Of a stretch of 64,000 nt of DNA, positions 28,254 through 37,233 are shown piece by piece (position 1 is the first letter of the stretch; every line of letters starts with the position of its first letter). The notes below the pieces were generated by a model. It saw nothing but the letters and a program-made list of their open reading frames with translations. It was not told where the DNA came from and searched no databases. Made by a program: the position numbers and the translations under genes. The stretch is from Candidatus Omnitrophota bacterium (lineage in GTDB: Bacteria; Omnitrophota; Gorgyraeia; Pluralincolimonadales; Pluralincolimonadaceae), in the NCBI GenBank assembly GCA_041653595.1, contig JBAZFB010000003.1, forward strand, positions 346 through 64,345, read 5' to 3'.

Positions 28254-29999
28254 ATGGCCCAGAGCATAAGGGATAAATTAGCCGAAGTCCTCGTGAAGAA
28301 GGGCTCCATTTCGAAAGAAAAACTGGACGAGGCGATAAAAGCCCAGAAGGCGCATGGCGGCAGCCTGAGCAAGATCCTTGTGCAGAAGGGCCTCGCCAAC
28401 GAGAATGACCTCCTCGCGATATTCAGCCAGGAACTTAATATTACCCCGATAAACCTGGCGAAATACAAAATAGACAAGGAGATCATCTCGCTCGTGCCGG
28501 AGAAGATCGCGCGGCTTTACCACCTTATCCCCGTCTCGAAGATCGGCAACCGCATGACGGTAGCCATGTCCGATCCGCTCGATATATTCGCCCTCGACGA
28601 CCTGAAGATCCTCACCAAATACGAGATAGACCCTGTTATAGCGACCGACAAGGATATAATCGCGGCGATCGCAAGCTATTACGGGGAAGAGGTGTTCTCT
28701 ATAGATAAGCTGGTAAAAGATGCCAAAGGCGAAGAATTGCAGCTCCTTTCGTCCGAAGACGCGGAGCGGTTCGATGTCTCTACCCTCGCCATAGAGAGCC
28801 AGAAGGCGCCGATACTCAAGATGGTCGACGTCATTATAAGCGAGGCGCTCAAGCGCCGCGCCTCTGACATACATGTCGAGCCGATGGAGACCGACATGCG
28901 CCTGCGCTACCGTATCGACGGCGCCCTCACGGAATTCTCGCACCTGCCGAAATCGAACCAGAACGCGGTGCTTACCAGGATCAAGATAATGTCGGATATG
29001 GATATCACCGAATGGCGCCTCCCGCAGGACGGCAGGTTCAAGGTGAGGATGGAGGAGAGGGAGATAGATTTCCGCGTCTCTACCCTGCCGCTGGTCCACG
29101 GCGAGAAGGTCGTCCTGAGGGTCCTTGATAAATCGAGCATAAAAGTTTCCCCTGAAAAGCTGGGCTTCCTTCCCAAGACCCTGGAGGAATTGAGGGAAGC
29201 CATCTCCAGGCCTTACGGGATGTTCCTGGTGACCGGCCCGACAGGGAGCGGCAAGTCCACGACCCTTTATTCCATCCTTAATATATTGAATACGCCGGAA
29301 AAGAATATCGTCACTATAGAAGACCCGATCGAATATGAGCTCATGGGGATAACCCAGGTGCAGGTCAAGCCGGAGATAGGCCTTACCTTCGCGGGCGGCC
29401 TGCGCGCTTTCCTGCGCCAGGCGCCGGATATCGTGATGGTCGGGGAGATCCGCGATTTCGAGACCGCGGATATCGCCATCAAGGCGTCGCTTACCGGACA
29501 ACTGCTCCTTTCGACACTGCACACTAACGACGCGCCGAGCGCCATAACGAGGCTTATAGATATGGGCGTCGAGCCGTTTTTGGTCGCCTCCAGCGTGGTA
29601 TTCATATGCGCGCAGAGGCTGATGAAGAGGGTATGCGCGAATTGCAAGGAGAAGATCGATATCCCGAAGGAGATGCTGGACAAACTAGGGTTTAAGGAAG
29701 GGGCCAAGGCCCCTGGCGGGTCCAAGGGCCCTGACGGGTCCAAGGCGATTTTTTATAAGGGGAAAGGGTGCGCCAAGTGCAACAATACCGGCTATTACGG
29801 CAGGTTCGCCATCCTCGAGAACCTAACTGTAGACGACAAGATAAAAGAGATGATACTTGACAGGGTGCAGAGCGATAAGATAAAAGAATATGCTATGAAG
29901 GAAAAGGGGATGCTCACCCTGCGCGCGGCGGCGCTCGAAAACCTGGCTTTGGGGAATACCACGGTTGAGGAAGTCTTGAGGGTAACGTCGGAGGAATAA
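28254..29999 (+). CDS. pilB: type IV pilus assembly ATPase PilB (GspE family), paralog 2
   Basis: Same architecture as paralog 1 (KLAEVLVKKGSISKEKLDEAIKAQ, GPTGSGKSTT, CANCK...CAKC), with a Gly/Lys-rich insertion KAPGGSKGPDGSK. Confidence 0.9.
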   Translation: MAQSIRDKLAEVLVKKGSISKEKLDEAIKAQKAHGGSLSKILVQKGLANENDLLAIFSQELNITPINLAKYKIDKEIISLVPEKIARLYHLIPVSKIGNRMTVAMSDPLDIFALDDLKILTKYEIDPVIATDKDIIAAIASYYGEEVFSIDKLVKDAKGEELQLLSSEDAERFDVSTLAIESQKAPILKMVDVIISEALKRRASDIHVEPMETDMRLRYRIDGALTEFSHLPKSNQNAVLTRIKIMSDMDITEWRLPQDGRFKVRMEEREIDFRVSTLPLVHGEKVVLRVLDKSSIKVSPEKLGFLPKTLEELREAISRPYGMFLVTGPTGSGKSTTLYSILNILNTPEKNIVTIEDPIEYELMGITQVQVKPEIGLTFAGGLRAFLRQAPDIVMVGEIRDFETADIAIKASLTGQLLLSTLHTNDAPSAITRLIDMGVEPFLVASSVVFICAQRLMKRVCANCKEKIDIPKEMLDKLGFKEGAKAPGGSKGPDGSKAIFYKGKGCAKCNNTGYYGRFAILENLTVDDKIKEMILDRVQSDKIKEYAMKEKGMLTLRAAALENLALGNTTVEEVLRVTSEE

Positions 30000-31208
30000 G
30001 TGCCACAATTTAAATATGTCGCTAAGGATAAGGACGGCAGGACCGTATCCGGTTCCATGGAAGCGCCCAGCAGCATCGCCCTGGTAGATACGCTCAGGCA
30101 GAAAGAATATGTGATAATCTCGCTGGGCGAGGCGAAGGAAGCGGCTAGGGGCCGGGCCTTCGGCGGCGCGAAGATAAAGCTCGACGATCTGGTCGTCTTC
30201 TCCAGGCAGCTCGCTACCATGGTCGCCGCGGGCATCCCGCTCGTCGGAGCCCTTGACGCGCTCCAGGAGCAGATGGAGAGCAAGGGTTTCAAGAACGTCG
30301 TAAAGAAGGTCCGCGATAATGTCGAGGGCGGGTTAAGCCTCTCCGAGGCCCTGAGCAAACAGCCGAATGTATTTTCTCCTTTTTTCATAAACATGGTCAG
30401 GGCAGGCGAGTCGAGCGGAAACCTGGATGAGATACTCGACAGGGTCGCCATCTATATGGAAAAGACGATCGCCCTGATAAGGAAAGTAAAATCAAGTCTC
30501 ATATATCCGGCGGTTGTAGTGACAATGGCGATCCTTATCACGACTTTCCTGATAGTCAAAGTAGTCCCGACGTTCGAGAGCATATTCGCCACAATCGGCG
30601 TAACGCTGCCTCTGCCTACGCTTATACTGATAAAGATCTCCCATATCGTGAGGGGCTACCTGCTTTTCGTTATCATAGGATTGGTGATAGGTTCCATATC
30701 GCTTTCGCAGGTGGTCAAGACCGATAAAGGAAGGCTCGCATTCGATACCTTCTTATTGAAGATACCGGTCATCGGGCCGTTATTAAGAAAGGTGGCCATC
30801 GCGAGGTTCGCGCGCACGCTTTCGACGTTACAGAAGAGCGGCGTCTCGATATTGACGGCGCTTGAAATAGTAGGGAAGACCTCGGGTAACAGGGTAATAG
30901 AAGCGGCGGTCCTGAAGACCAAGATGAGCATCAAGGAAGGCGAGTCTATAGCGCAGCCGCTCACGGCAAGCAAAGTTTTCCCGCCTATGGTAACGAGGAT
31001 GATCTCGGTCGGAGAACAGACCGGCAAACTCGAGGAGATGCTCGGGAAGGTCGCCGACTTCTACGAGAGCGAAGTCGACGCCGCAGTATCCGGTTTGACG
31101 AGCCTGATAGAGCCGCTGATAATCGCTTTCCTCGGGATCGTGGTAGGCGGCATCGTCGTGTCGATGTTCCTTCCGATAGTGAAGCTTATCCAGGTCGTCG
31201 GCAAATAG
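30000..31208 (+). CDS. pilC: type IV pilus platform protein PilC (GspF family)
   Basis: MPQFKYVAKDKDGRTVSG start typical of PilC and two GspF repeats. GTG start immediately after pilB. Confidence 0.9.
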   Translation: MPQFKYVAKDKDGRTVSGSMEAPSSIALVDTLRQKEYVIISLGEAKEAARGRAFGGAKIKLDDLVVFSRQLATMVAAGIPLVGALDALQEQMESKGFKNVVKKVRDNVEGGLSLSEALSKQPNVFSPFFINMVRAGESSGNLDEILDRVAIYMEKTIALIRKVKSSLIYPAVVVTMAILITTFLIVKVVPTFESIFATIGVTLPLPTLILIKISHIVRGYLLFVIIGLVIGSISLSQVVKTDKGRLAFDTFLLKIPVIGPLLRKVAIARFARTLSTLQKSGVSILTALEIVGKTSGNRVIEAAVLKTKMSIKEGESIAQPLTASKVFPPMVTRMISVGEQTGKLEEMLGKVADFYESEVDAAVSGLTSLIEPLIIAFLGIVVGGIVVSMFLPIVKLIQVVGK

Positions 31209-31213
31209 AACGC

Positions 31214-31241
31214 TTGACAGAGATTTCTTTTGTGTTATACT
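31214..31241 (+). promoter_or_regulatory. candidate promoter TTGACA-16-TATACT upstream of the first pilin gene
   Basis: Hexamers read from the sequence; GGAGGGG RBS downstream. Confidence 0.45.
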
Positions 31242-31294
31242 TTAGTTAGAAAGTGACGCATGTCCCAATCTAGGAAGAAAGGAGGGGAAATAAA

Positions 31295-31726
31295 ATGAGA
31301 ACGCTAGTAGGAAGAAAAGGTTTTACGCTCGTTGAGATCATGATCGTAGTTGCCATTATAGCTCTTTTAGCAGCCATAGCGATACCCAACTTACTACGTG
31401 CTAGACTCAACGCCAACGAAGCAGCAGCTATAAGCTCACTCCGTACGATAAGTACGGCATGTGAAAGTTTCAGAGCCGCCCAGAGCCCGGTGTCTTATCC
31501 GGCTAACCTGGCAGCTTTAGGCGCTGCTGTTCCCCCGTACATCGACACTACATTGGCCGGTGGTACAAAGCAGGGATATACGTTTACCTATGCATTAGTA
31601 AACGTGAACCAGTATACCTGCACGGGCGCGCCTGTAACGGCGAACGTTACCGGTACGAGGACATTCTTTGTTGACGAGTCGGGCGTAATAAGATTGACGA
31701 ACGCCGCGGGCAACCCGATCGAATAA
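31295..31726 (+). CDS. pilA: type IV pilin (prepilin with class III signal peptide), paralog 1
   Basis: MRTLVGRKG|FTLVEIMIVVAIIALLAAIAIP is a prepilin leader plus N-methylation/alpha-1 helix. Two Cys residues form a D-region pair. 143 aa. Confidence 0.85.
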   Translation: MRTLVGRKGFTLVEIMIVVAIIALLAAIAIPNLLRARLNANEAAAISSLRTISTACESFRAAQSPVSYPANLAALGAAVPPYIDTTLAGGTKQGYTFTYALVNVNQYTCTGAPVTANVTGTRTFFVDESGVIRLTNAAGNPIE

Positions 31727-31750
31727 TGCTCAGGGCGTAAAGTATGCGAA

Positions 31751-31780
31751 AAGGCGAGGAGTAAAATCCTCGCCTTTTTG
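31751..31780 (+). terminator. intrinsic terminator between pilin paralogs 1 and 2
   Basis: GGCGAGGA-gtaaaa-TCCTCGCC hairpin followed by TTTTTG. Confidence 0.6.
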
Positions 31781-31789
31781 TTAAACAGC

Positions 31790-32224
31790 ATGGAGAAAAA
31801 TTTGGATCTCAGAAAAGGGTTTACGCTTGTCGAGATAATGATAGTCGTGGCCATACTGGTCACGCTGGCGGTCATCGCGATACCCGGTTTCTTGAGGGCG
31901 CGGGTCATCGCGAATGAATCGTCGGCTATAGGCTCGATGAGGACGATAAGCACCGGATGCGAGAGTTACCGGAGCATGCAGAACCCGCCAACGTATCCTC
32001 CGGACCTCGCGACCTTGAGCACCGAAACTCCCCCGTATATAGATACTACCTTGGGAAGCGGGACGAAGCAGGGATATAATTTCAATTACACCCTGGTTGG
32101 CCCGAACCAGTTTACCTGCGCGGCGACGCCCGTAACCGTGAATATATCAGGCGTCAGGACTTTTTTTGTGGATGAGTCAGGCGTGATAAGGGTAAACGAC
32201 GCGTCAGGCATCCCCGTCGAATAA
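31790..32224 (+). CDS. type IV pilin, paralog 2
   Basis: MEKNLDLRKG|FTLVEIMIVVAILVTLAVIAIP. Same fold and C-terminal FFVDESGVIR motif as paralog 1. The ATG at 31790 is preferred over the in-terminator TTG at 31778. Confidence 0.8.
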   Translation: MEKNLDLRKGFTLVEIMIVVAILVTLAVIAIPGFLRARVIANESSAIGSMRTISTGCESYRSMQNPPTYPPDLATLSTETPPYIDTTLGSGTKQGYNFNYTLVGPNQFTCAATPVTVNISGVRTFFVDESGVIRVNDASGIPVE

Positions 32225-32238
32225 GGACCCCGCACTTC

Positions 32239-32682
32239 TCAGTATGCGACTATACCTTGCCTTTGCATCTTCTGCAATACTTCCGGCGGAGGCATCTTAG
32301 ACGGTTTCTTCGGCAGGTCAGGGGATGGTTCATAGACCTTCGGCGCATTTCCCGCCCCGCCTCTCAAACCGTTATCGGGATTTTGCGTATTTTCGGCTAA
32401 AGCCCCGGGTGCAGCGGATGTCGACGGTGTCGATGCCGCCGGTTTCGCGGACGGAGTGTTTACGGACTGCGAAACCGGATATCCGGCGTTCTCCTGTGCC
32501 GGCGGCAGTTCGTATTTTCCCGCCTGAAGGAGGACCTGCTCTTCCGGTTTGGCTTCAGGAGCCGCAGTCACGGCCGGCTTTGGCTGAGGCCTGCCGAGCG
32601 AGAGGATGATAATTATTACCAGGATGCATAAGGATAATATTATGGCTATTTGTGTTTTTGATATCTTCATCGTTCCCTCCAC
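32239..32682 (-). CDS. hypothetical single-TM protein with a Pro/Ala-rich low-complexity tail
   Basis: N-terminal TM helix (IAIILSLCILVIIIIL), then a P/A/S/T-rich extended region. It is the last gene of the minus-strand minor-pilin operon and overlaps the PilX-like stop. Confidence 0.5.
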   Translation of the reverse strand: MEGTMKISKTQIAIILSLCILVIIIILSLGRPQPKPAVTAAPEAKPEEQVLLQAGKYELPPAQENAGYPVSQSVNTPSAKPAASTPSTSAAPGALAENTQNPDNGLRGGAGNAPKVYEPSPDLPKKPSKMPPPEVLQKMQRQGIVAY

Positions 32683-33986
32683 GCTATCCCTATGTACTTT
32701 TTAGTATCCGGGAAATAAGGGGGCGGCGCGTCGCGCAGCCGCCTGTCGTAGACGTAATTTTTCGAAAAACCGCTGCTTTTGGTGCTTGTATTTATATTGA
32801 AACTTCCTACGGGCCCTCGCTGGTTCTGGGTTATTCCGCCGTATATGTTCAAGGTGTTTTTCATGCTCGAGGTCCAATCTTCCAGGTAGAAGGAGTCGGC
32901 CATGGCCATTACGGCCGCCTGGATAGTAAGGTTCCCGTTTGTCGGGCACGCGCTTTGCTTGATCACGACATCGCCTTCGGCTATGAGCCCCAGCGTGTCG
33001 GTCGAGTTCGGGTTCGTCTGCGGATTGCTGTTATATTGTACGTTTCCCGTGATAATGATGTCATCGTTTGTTCCTATGGAGAGACGGCCGTTCAATGTCC
33101 CGGATACCTTGGCATATCCGTATTCGCTGATATGGCCCCACCTATCCAGCTTGTTCTCTACGTATATAGCCCCGTTTGCCGGTACGGCCATATTGGTATT
33201 ATTGTAACCGCCGGTCGCGTTCGTCACGTTCATCGTGCCGTTGGCGTTCAAAGTTATCGTAGTGTTCCCCGTAAAGACACGGCCGCCGGATGCGGCTGCG
33301 CTGCGAAGGGGCGCCGTATCATCATGGTCAGGCATTTCTATAATATCGGCGTTGAAATCAACCGGCTGGGCAAAATACGGGTTATCATCGCCGGGATGCA
33401 TGTAATTTATACTCGGGCCGTGTTGTTCGGTCGGATGGAGGTCTATAAGGTCGGGGAATTGGGGGTCGCCCGAAATATTGAAGCTGTCGTTAGTGTGTAC
33501 GGGACCGTCCAGCGAGTCGACCGTTACGAACCATACATCAAGCGGGCCGTAACTCTCGGTATTTGTAAACCAGATATTCTTGGCGAAAGTATCGCGCTGG
33601 ACTTCGTAATATACCGTGCGGGTGGAGTCCCCGGATGTCCCTACCGATACTATCTCGTATTTCTTCGGCCAGTTCGTGGGATTGCTGGCGTTCGGGACGA
33701 CCGTTACGGAGTATGCCCCGGTAGTCAGGACAGGTTTCGGCACGCCCGTTATCGTGGGGTTAACGATGGGAGCCGTGCCGGCAGGCGGGGCAGGTTGGGC
33801 TTTCAGCCAAGCAAAGCCGTAATCGATCCCCGTCTCAGCCGCGGCGAACGCCGCCAAAGAATCCTTTTCTCTTTGCGCTGTCCTCATCTCCGCCACGCTG
33901 CGGGCCACATAGGCCGCGATGAGGATAAGGATCACAGCGACTACCGAATAAGCCACGATCAGTATAAACCCTTTTTTGTGTCCCAT
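32667..33986 (-). CDS. PilX-like minor pilin with a large Asn/Thr/Gly-rich C-terminal domain
   Basis: N-terminus KKGFILIVAYSVVAVILILIAAYVARSV resembles the PilX N-terminal hydrophobic segment. It is followed by about 380 aa of N/T/G-rich beta-type sequence. The plus-strand overlapping ORF is R/G-rich antisense. Confidence 0.65.
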   Translation of the reverse strand: MGHKKGFILIVAYSVVAVILILIAAYVARSVAEMRTAQREKDSLAAFAAAETGIDYGFAWLKAQPAPPAGTAPIVNPTITGVPKPVLTTGAYSVTVVPNASNPTNWPKKYEIVSVGTSGDSTRTVYYEVQRDTFAKNIWFTNTESYGPLDVWFVTVDSLDGPVHTNDSFNISGDPQFPDLIDLHPTEQHGPSINYMHPGDDNPYFAQPVDFNADIIEMPDHDDTAPLRSAAASGGRVFTGNTTITLNANGTMNVTNATGGYNNTNMAVPANGAIYVENKLDRWGHISEYGYAKVSGTLNGRLSIGTNDDIIITGNVQYNSNPQTNPNSTDTLGLIAEGDVVIKQSACPTNGNLTIQAAVMAMADSFYLEDWTSSMKNTLNIYGGITQNQRGPVGSFNINTSTKSSGFSKNYVYDRRLRDAPPPYFPDTKKYIGIAWRER

Positions 33987-33988
33987 TT

Positions 33989-34591
33989 TTAGTCCCTCAA
34001 TAAGACGGCGCTGGTTAAAGTCATCGGGATCTGCCTTCTCTCCGCAGTGGTCTTCGTCGTCTGCAACGTTATCAAGAGCGTCGCGAGCGAGTATTCCTGG
34101 CCGTCGTTCAGTGTATAAGAATCATTCTGCAGGCGGAACGTGAGGCCGGTCACATTGTTCGCAAGCACTTTGGCGGTATTGTTCTGGAGCCTTATCAGCT
34201 GGTTATTATTTACGTAATAAGAGATAGGAGCGGACAAGTTTGGCGTGCCTGCATTAGTTATCACGGAACCGTAGGCGCCGTAATTATTATTGCCGGCAAC
34301 GACGGTCACGACCCGTAAGACGATAGAATTATAGTTAACACCTGTATTTTCCGCGTATTTCGCGCCCGCCATATTAGCCAGGGAGGCCAAATTGGCCTGC
34401 CGCAATTCCCTTGTCATGTACATGATGCCTTTCCTCGCTTCCTGGGTGGCCTGTATCTCCGCGTCTCCCGAATGCCAGGCCGCGCCTCCTATAACAAGGA
34501 AACGCGCAAGGATCCCGCCGATAATGACCACTATGCCTATGGTCACCATCAATTCGACCAGGCTTAATCCTTTACGAGGCCCTGCGTTCAT
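33989..34591 (-). CDS. PilW-like minor pilin (prepilin-type N-terminal domain)
   Basis: RKGLSLVELMVTIGIVVIIGG is a prepilin cleavage/methylation motif. About 200 aa. Operonic with PilV/PilX-like genes. Confidence 0.7.
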   Translation of the reverse strand: MNAGPRKGLSLVELMVTIGIVVIIGGILARFLVIGGAAWHSGDAEIQATQEARKGIMYMTRELRQANLASLANMAGAKYAENTGVNYNSIVLRVVTVVAGNNNYGAYGSVITNAGTPNLSAPISYYVNNNQLIRLQNNTAKVLANNVTGLTFRLQNDSYTLNDGQEYSLATLLITLQTTKTTAERRQIPMTLTSAVLLRD

Positions 34592-35067
34592 CTGTCCGTT
34601 ACCACCTCTGAGATAATAGCAGGCGATCTCAAATAACCGTTCGCGTCCGCCTGCTCCGTGCCGTCGCGTATGCCGTTAAGCGCTATCCCGCCGCCGCTGC
34701 CGTTATCCGCCCCGATTATCCTTCCGCCTTTTTGCCGCCAGGAGACGGAGATGATCACTCTTTTGAGATCCGTGGTATTGGGAATGGCGTCGACGTAGAC
34801 CACGCCTTTGGCATTCTGGGCGGCGAAACCCTGTATATCGAACGTGTTATAGTCGTAATGATTGACTATGTTTAGCTTCTGGTAACGTATCTCTTCAAGT
34901 TTCTGCTGGATCGCGTTCGTCGCTAAAGTCATGTTCCTTGCCGTCTCGCTCAGGTTAAAACAGAGGACATATGCCCCCAAAAGCCCGCCTATCGCGACTA
35001 GCATTATCGCGGCCGAAAACATGACTTCCATCAGTGTAAAACCGGATTTCGCGGAACGAAACAACAT
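34588..35067 (-). CDS. PilV-like minor pilin (prepilin-type N-terminal domain)
   Basis: KSGFTLMEVMFSAAIMLVAIGGL is a prepilin motif. About 159 aa. First gene of the minus-strand operon. Confidence 0.7.
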   Translation of the reverse strand: MLFRSAKSGFTLMEVMFSAAIMLVAIGGLLGAYVLCFNLSETARNMTLATNAIQQKLEEIRYQKLNIVNHYDYNTFDIQGFAAQNAKGVVYVDAIPNTTDLKRVIISVSWRQKGGRIIGADNGSGGGIALNGIRDGTEQADANGYLRSPAIISEVVTDR

Positions 35068-35222
35068 CTTACCATCCCTCCAATTAGAAGTTTACTATAA
35101 TGCCGGGTCAATATCAAGACTTTTGCAACGTCCCGCCGCAGCGGGGCTCTCAAGAGGGGATTCTCGTAAAAATTGGCAATTTTTCTTGACTTTTTTGCTC
35201 AAAAAATATAAACTAAAACTCA

Positions 35223-35681
35223 ATGAAAGAAGAAAAACTATCATATCGCGGCTTTACTCTCGTTGAAGTAATGATAGTTATCGCCATTATAGCCACTTTG
35301 GCGGCCATCGCCATTCCTGTCTTTCTCACATCCCGCATAAACGCGAACGAGGCATCGGCTATAGTATCGTGCCGGACGATCGGATCGGCCTGCAACAGCT
35401 ATTACGCGAATTCCAACCCCCATACTTTTCCGGCTGCCCTGGATAACCTGGCCGCGCCGGATTCCGATCCGCCTTACCTGGATTCGGTCCTGGGCGTGAC
35501 CAAGCAGAAACAGGGTTACAGGTTCAATTATACTTTCATCGACGCGGAAAATTTCGAGCTGAACGCGGAACCGACAACTCCCGGGAGGACGGGGAACAGG
35601 TATTTTTTCACGGACAGCACGGGCATAATAAGAGCAAAGAGCGGGGGTCAGGCGGGCGAGTCCGATCCCCCGATAGAGTAG
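35223..35681 (+). CDS. type IV pilin, paralog 3
   Basis: MKEEKLSYRG|FTLVEVMIVIAIIATLAAIAIP prepilin leader. It is divergent from the minor-pilin operon and has a single Cys in the D-region. Confidence 0.8.
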   Translation: MKEEKLSYRGFTLVEVMIVIAIIATLAAIAIPVFLTSRINANEASAIVSCRTIGSACNSYYANSNPHTFPAALDNLAAPDSDPPYLDSVLGVTKQKQGYRFNYTFIDAENFELNAEPTTPGRTGNRYFFTDSTGIIRAKSGGQAGESDPPIE

Positions 35682-35684
35682 GAT

Positions 35685-36611
35685 ATGAAAGAGATTAAAT
35701 TCCCGTTCTTGAATTTTAACAGGACAAAGGTCAAGGTCGGCATAGATATAGGCACTTCTTCCGTAAAGGTATTGGCCCTCTCGCGGCAAAAAACAGGCGG
35801 GTTCCAGCTTGATTTTTTCGCCGTCCAGTCTATCGACGGGGACCGCTCGAAAGAGAATGTAGTCGAAACGATAAAGCGCGCCGTCGCTCCTTCGGAGACT
35901 AAGGTCCAGGGGGTGACGATCGCCGTTTCAGGGCAGGGAGTAGTCGTGCGCCAGGTGCTCTTCCCGAAGATGAGCGAGGGTGAATTGAAGTCCGCCTTGC
36001 AGTTCGAGGCCGAAAAGCATATCCCGTTCAACATAAGTGAGGTCTATATAGACGCGCAGGTGATCGACCAGAACGCCGAAGGCAACAAGATGAAGGTCCT
36101 CATCGTGGCTTCGAAGAAAGACCTCGTCGACGAGTACCTGGGTTATGTCAGCGGGGCGGAGTTGACGGCCGAGGCCATAGATTGCGACGCTATCGCCGTG
36201 ACGAACGCTTTCATGTTCAATAATCCCGGGTTGGGCAAGGATAAGACGGTCGCCCTCCTGAATATCGGCGCGAGCATGACCAACGTCTGCATACTCAAGA
36301 ACGAGACGCTCAATTTTACCCGCGATATCCCGGTGGACGTGAAAAGCGCGGATACGCTCGAGAACCAGGTCAGGCTCTCGTTCGACTATTATGAGAACCA
36401 GTTCGGCAAAGGGATAGACGGGATATACGTGAGCGGCGGCGGCGCGAAAGAGACGGCGCTGCTGCAGCGTTTCTCCCAGGCTTTCGGGTTTGAGGTCTCG
36501 GCCTGGGACCCGGTAAAAAACCTGGCGGTCTCCCCTAAAATAGATACGCAGGCCCTTAAGGATGCCTCCGGCCAACTGGCCGTCTGCGTCGGGCTCGCGA
36601 TAAGAAGGTAG
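35685..36611 (+). CDS. pilM: type IV pilus assembly protein PilM (actin-like)
   Basis: VGIDIGTSSVKVLAL actin-fold start; about 308 aa; followed by pilN-O-P-Q. Confidence 0.9.
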   Translation: MKEIKFPFLNFNRTKVKVGIDIGTSSVKVLALSRQKTGGFQLDFFAVQSIDGDRSKENVVETIKRAVAPSETKVQGVTIAVSGQGVVVRQVLFPKMSEGELKSALQFEAEKHIPFNISEVYIDAQVIDQNAEGNKMKVLIVASKKDLVDEYLGYVSGAELTAEAIDCDAIAVTNAFMFNNPGLGKDKTVALLNIGASMTNVCILKNETLNFTRDIPVDVKSADTLENQVRLSFDYYENQFGKGIDGIYVSGGGAKETALLQRFSQAFGFEVSAWDPVKNLAVSPKIDTQALKDASGQLAVCVGLAIRR

Positions 36612-36614
36612 ACG

Positions 36615-37229
36615 ATGATAGAAATAAATCTTTTGCCGCCGCATCTGAAAGGCAGGAAGAGGGAGCCGATGAAGCTGCCTTCGCTGCCCGTCATACCGGT
36701 CGCCGCCGGCATCGTCATCTTCCTGTTTGCCGTGCAGGTCCTGTTATGGGTCTTTATCCAGGTAAAGGCCGTTTCCCGCGATTCCCTCAAAAAGAAGGCC
36801 GCCTCTATCGCCGCGTCGAATAAAGAGGCTATCAACATCGACAATACCCTGAGGGAGATATCCTCAAAGGTCGCAATTGTCGATAAGCTGTCCGGCTCGA
36901 GGTTCGGGCTGGCGAAGATGCTTAATGATATTTCCGATTCGATGACATCGGGCGTCTGGTTGAGGAGCATCGATATCAAGAAGGGCGAATCGCCCGCAGA
37001 GCCCGGCATCCTGAGGGAGGTGCTGGTGATAGAGGGTTCAAGCGTCATCTCCGGGGGCACCGACGAGTACACGATAGGCAAATTCGTCAATTCACTGAAA
37101 GAGAACGCGTCCTTCTCGTCGGATTTCGACAATATCGAGATCGCGAAGGAGGAGCGTAAAAAGATACAAAATACCGAGATAATGGATTTTATCGTCATGT
37201 GCCATTTTAAGAAGGGGAAGGGGTTATAA
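36615..37229 (+). CDS. pilN: type IV pilus assembly protein PilN
   Basis: MIEINLLPPH is the conserved PilN N-terminus; single TM helix then a periplasmic domain. Confidence 0.85.
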   Translation: MIEINLLPPHLKGRKREPMKLPSLPVIPVAAGIVIFLFAVQVLLWVFIQVKAVSRDSLKKKAASIAASNKEAINIDNTLREISSKVAIVDKLSGSRFGLAKMLNDISDSMTSGVWLRSIDIKKGESPAEPGILREVLVIEGSSVISGGTDEYTIGKFVNSLKENASFSSDFDNIEIAKEERKKIQNTEIMDFIVMCHFKKGKGL

Positions 37230-37233
37230 ATAT

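Noticed and set aside
32652-33992. 446-aa plus-strand ORF overlapping the PilX-like gene
   Set aside because: Its translation is Arg/Gly/Val-rich nonsense. The minus-strand frame encodes a prepilin-type N-terminus and sits in an operon with PilV/PilW-like genes.
35131-35145. CCCGC-cgca-GCGGG hairpin in the divergent pilV/pilin-3 spacer as a terminator
   Set aside because: No U-run on either strand. It lies in a 5' region between divergent genes, so it is more likely an incidental or operator-like palindrome.
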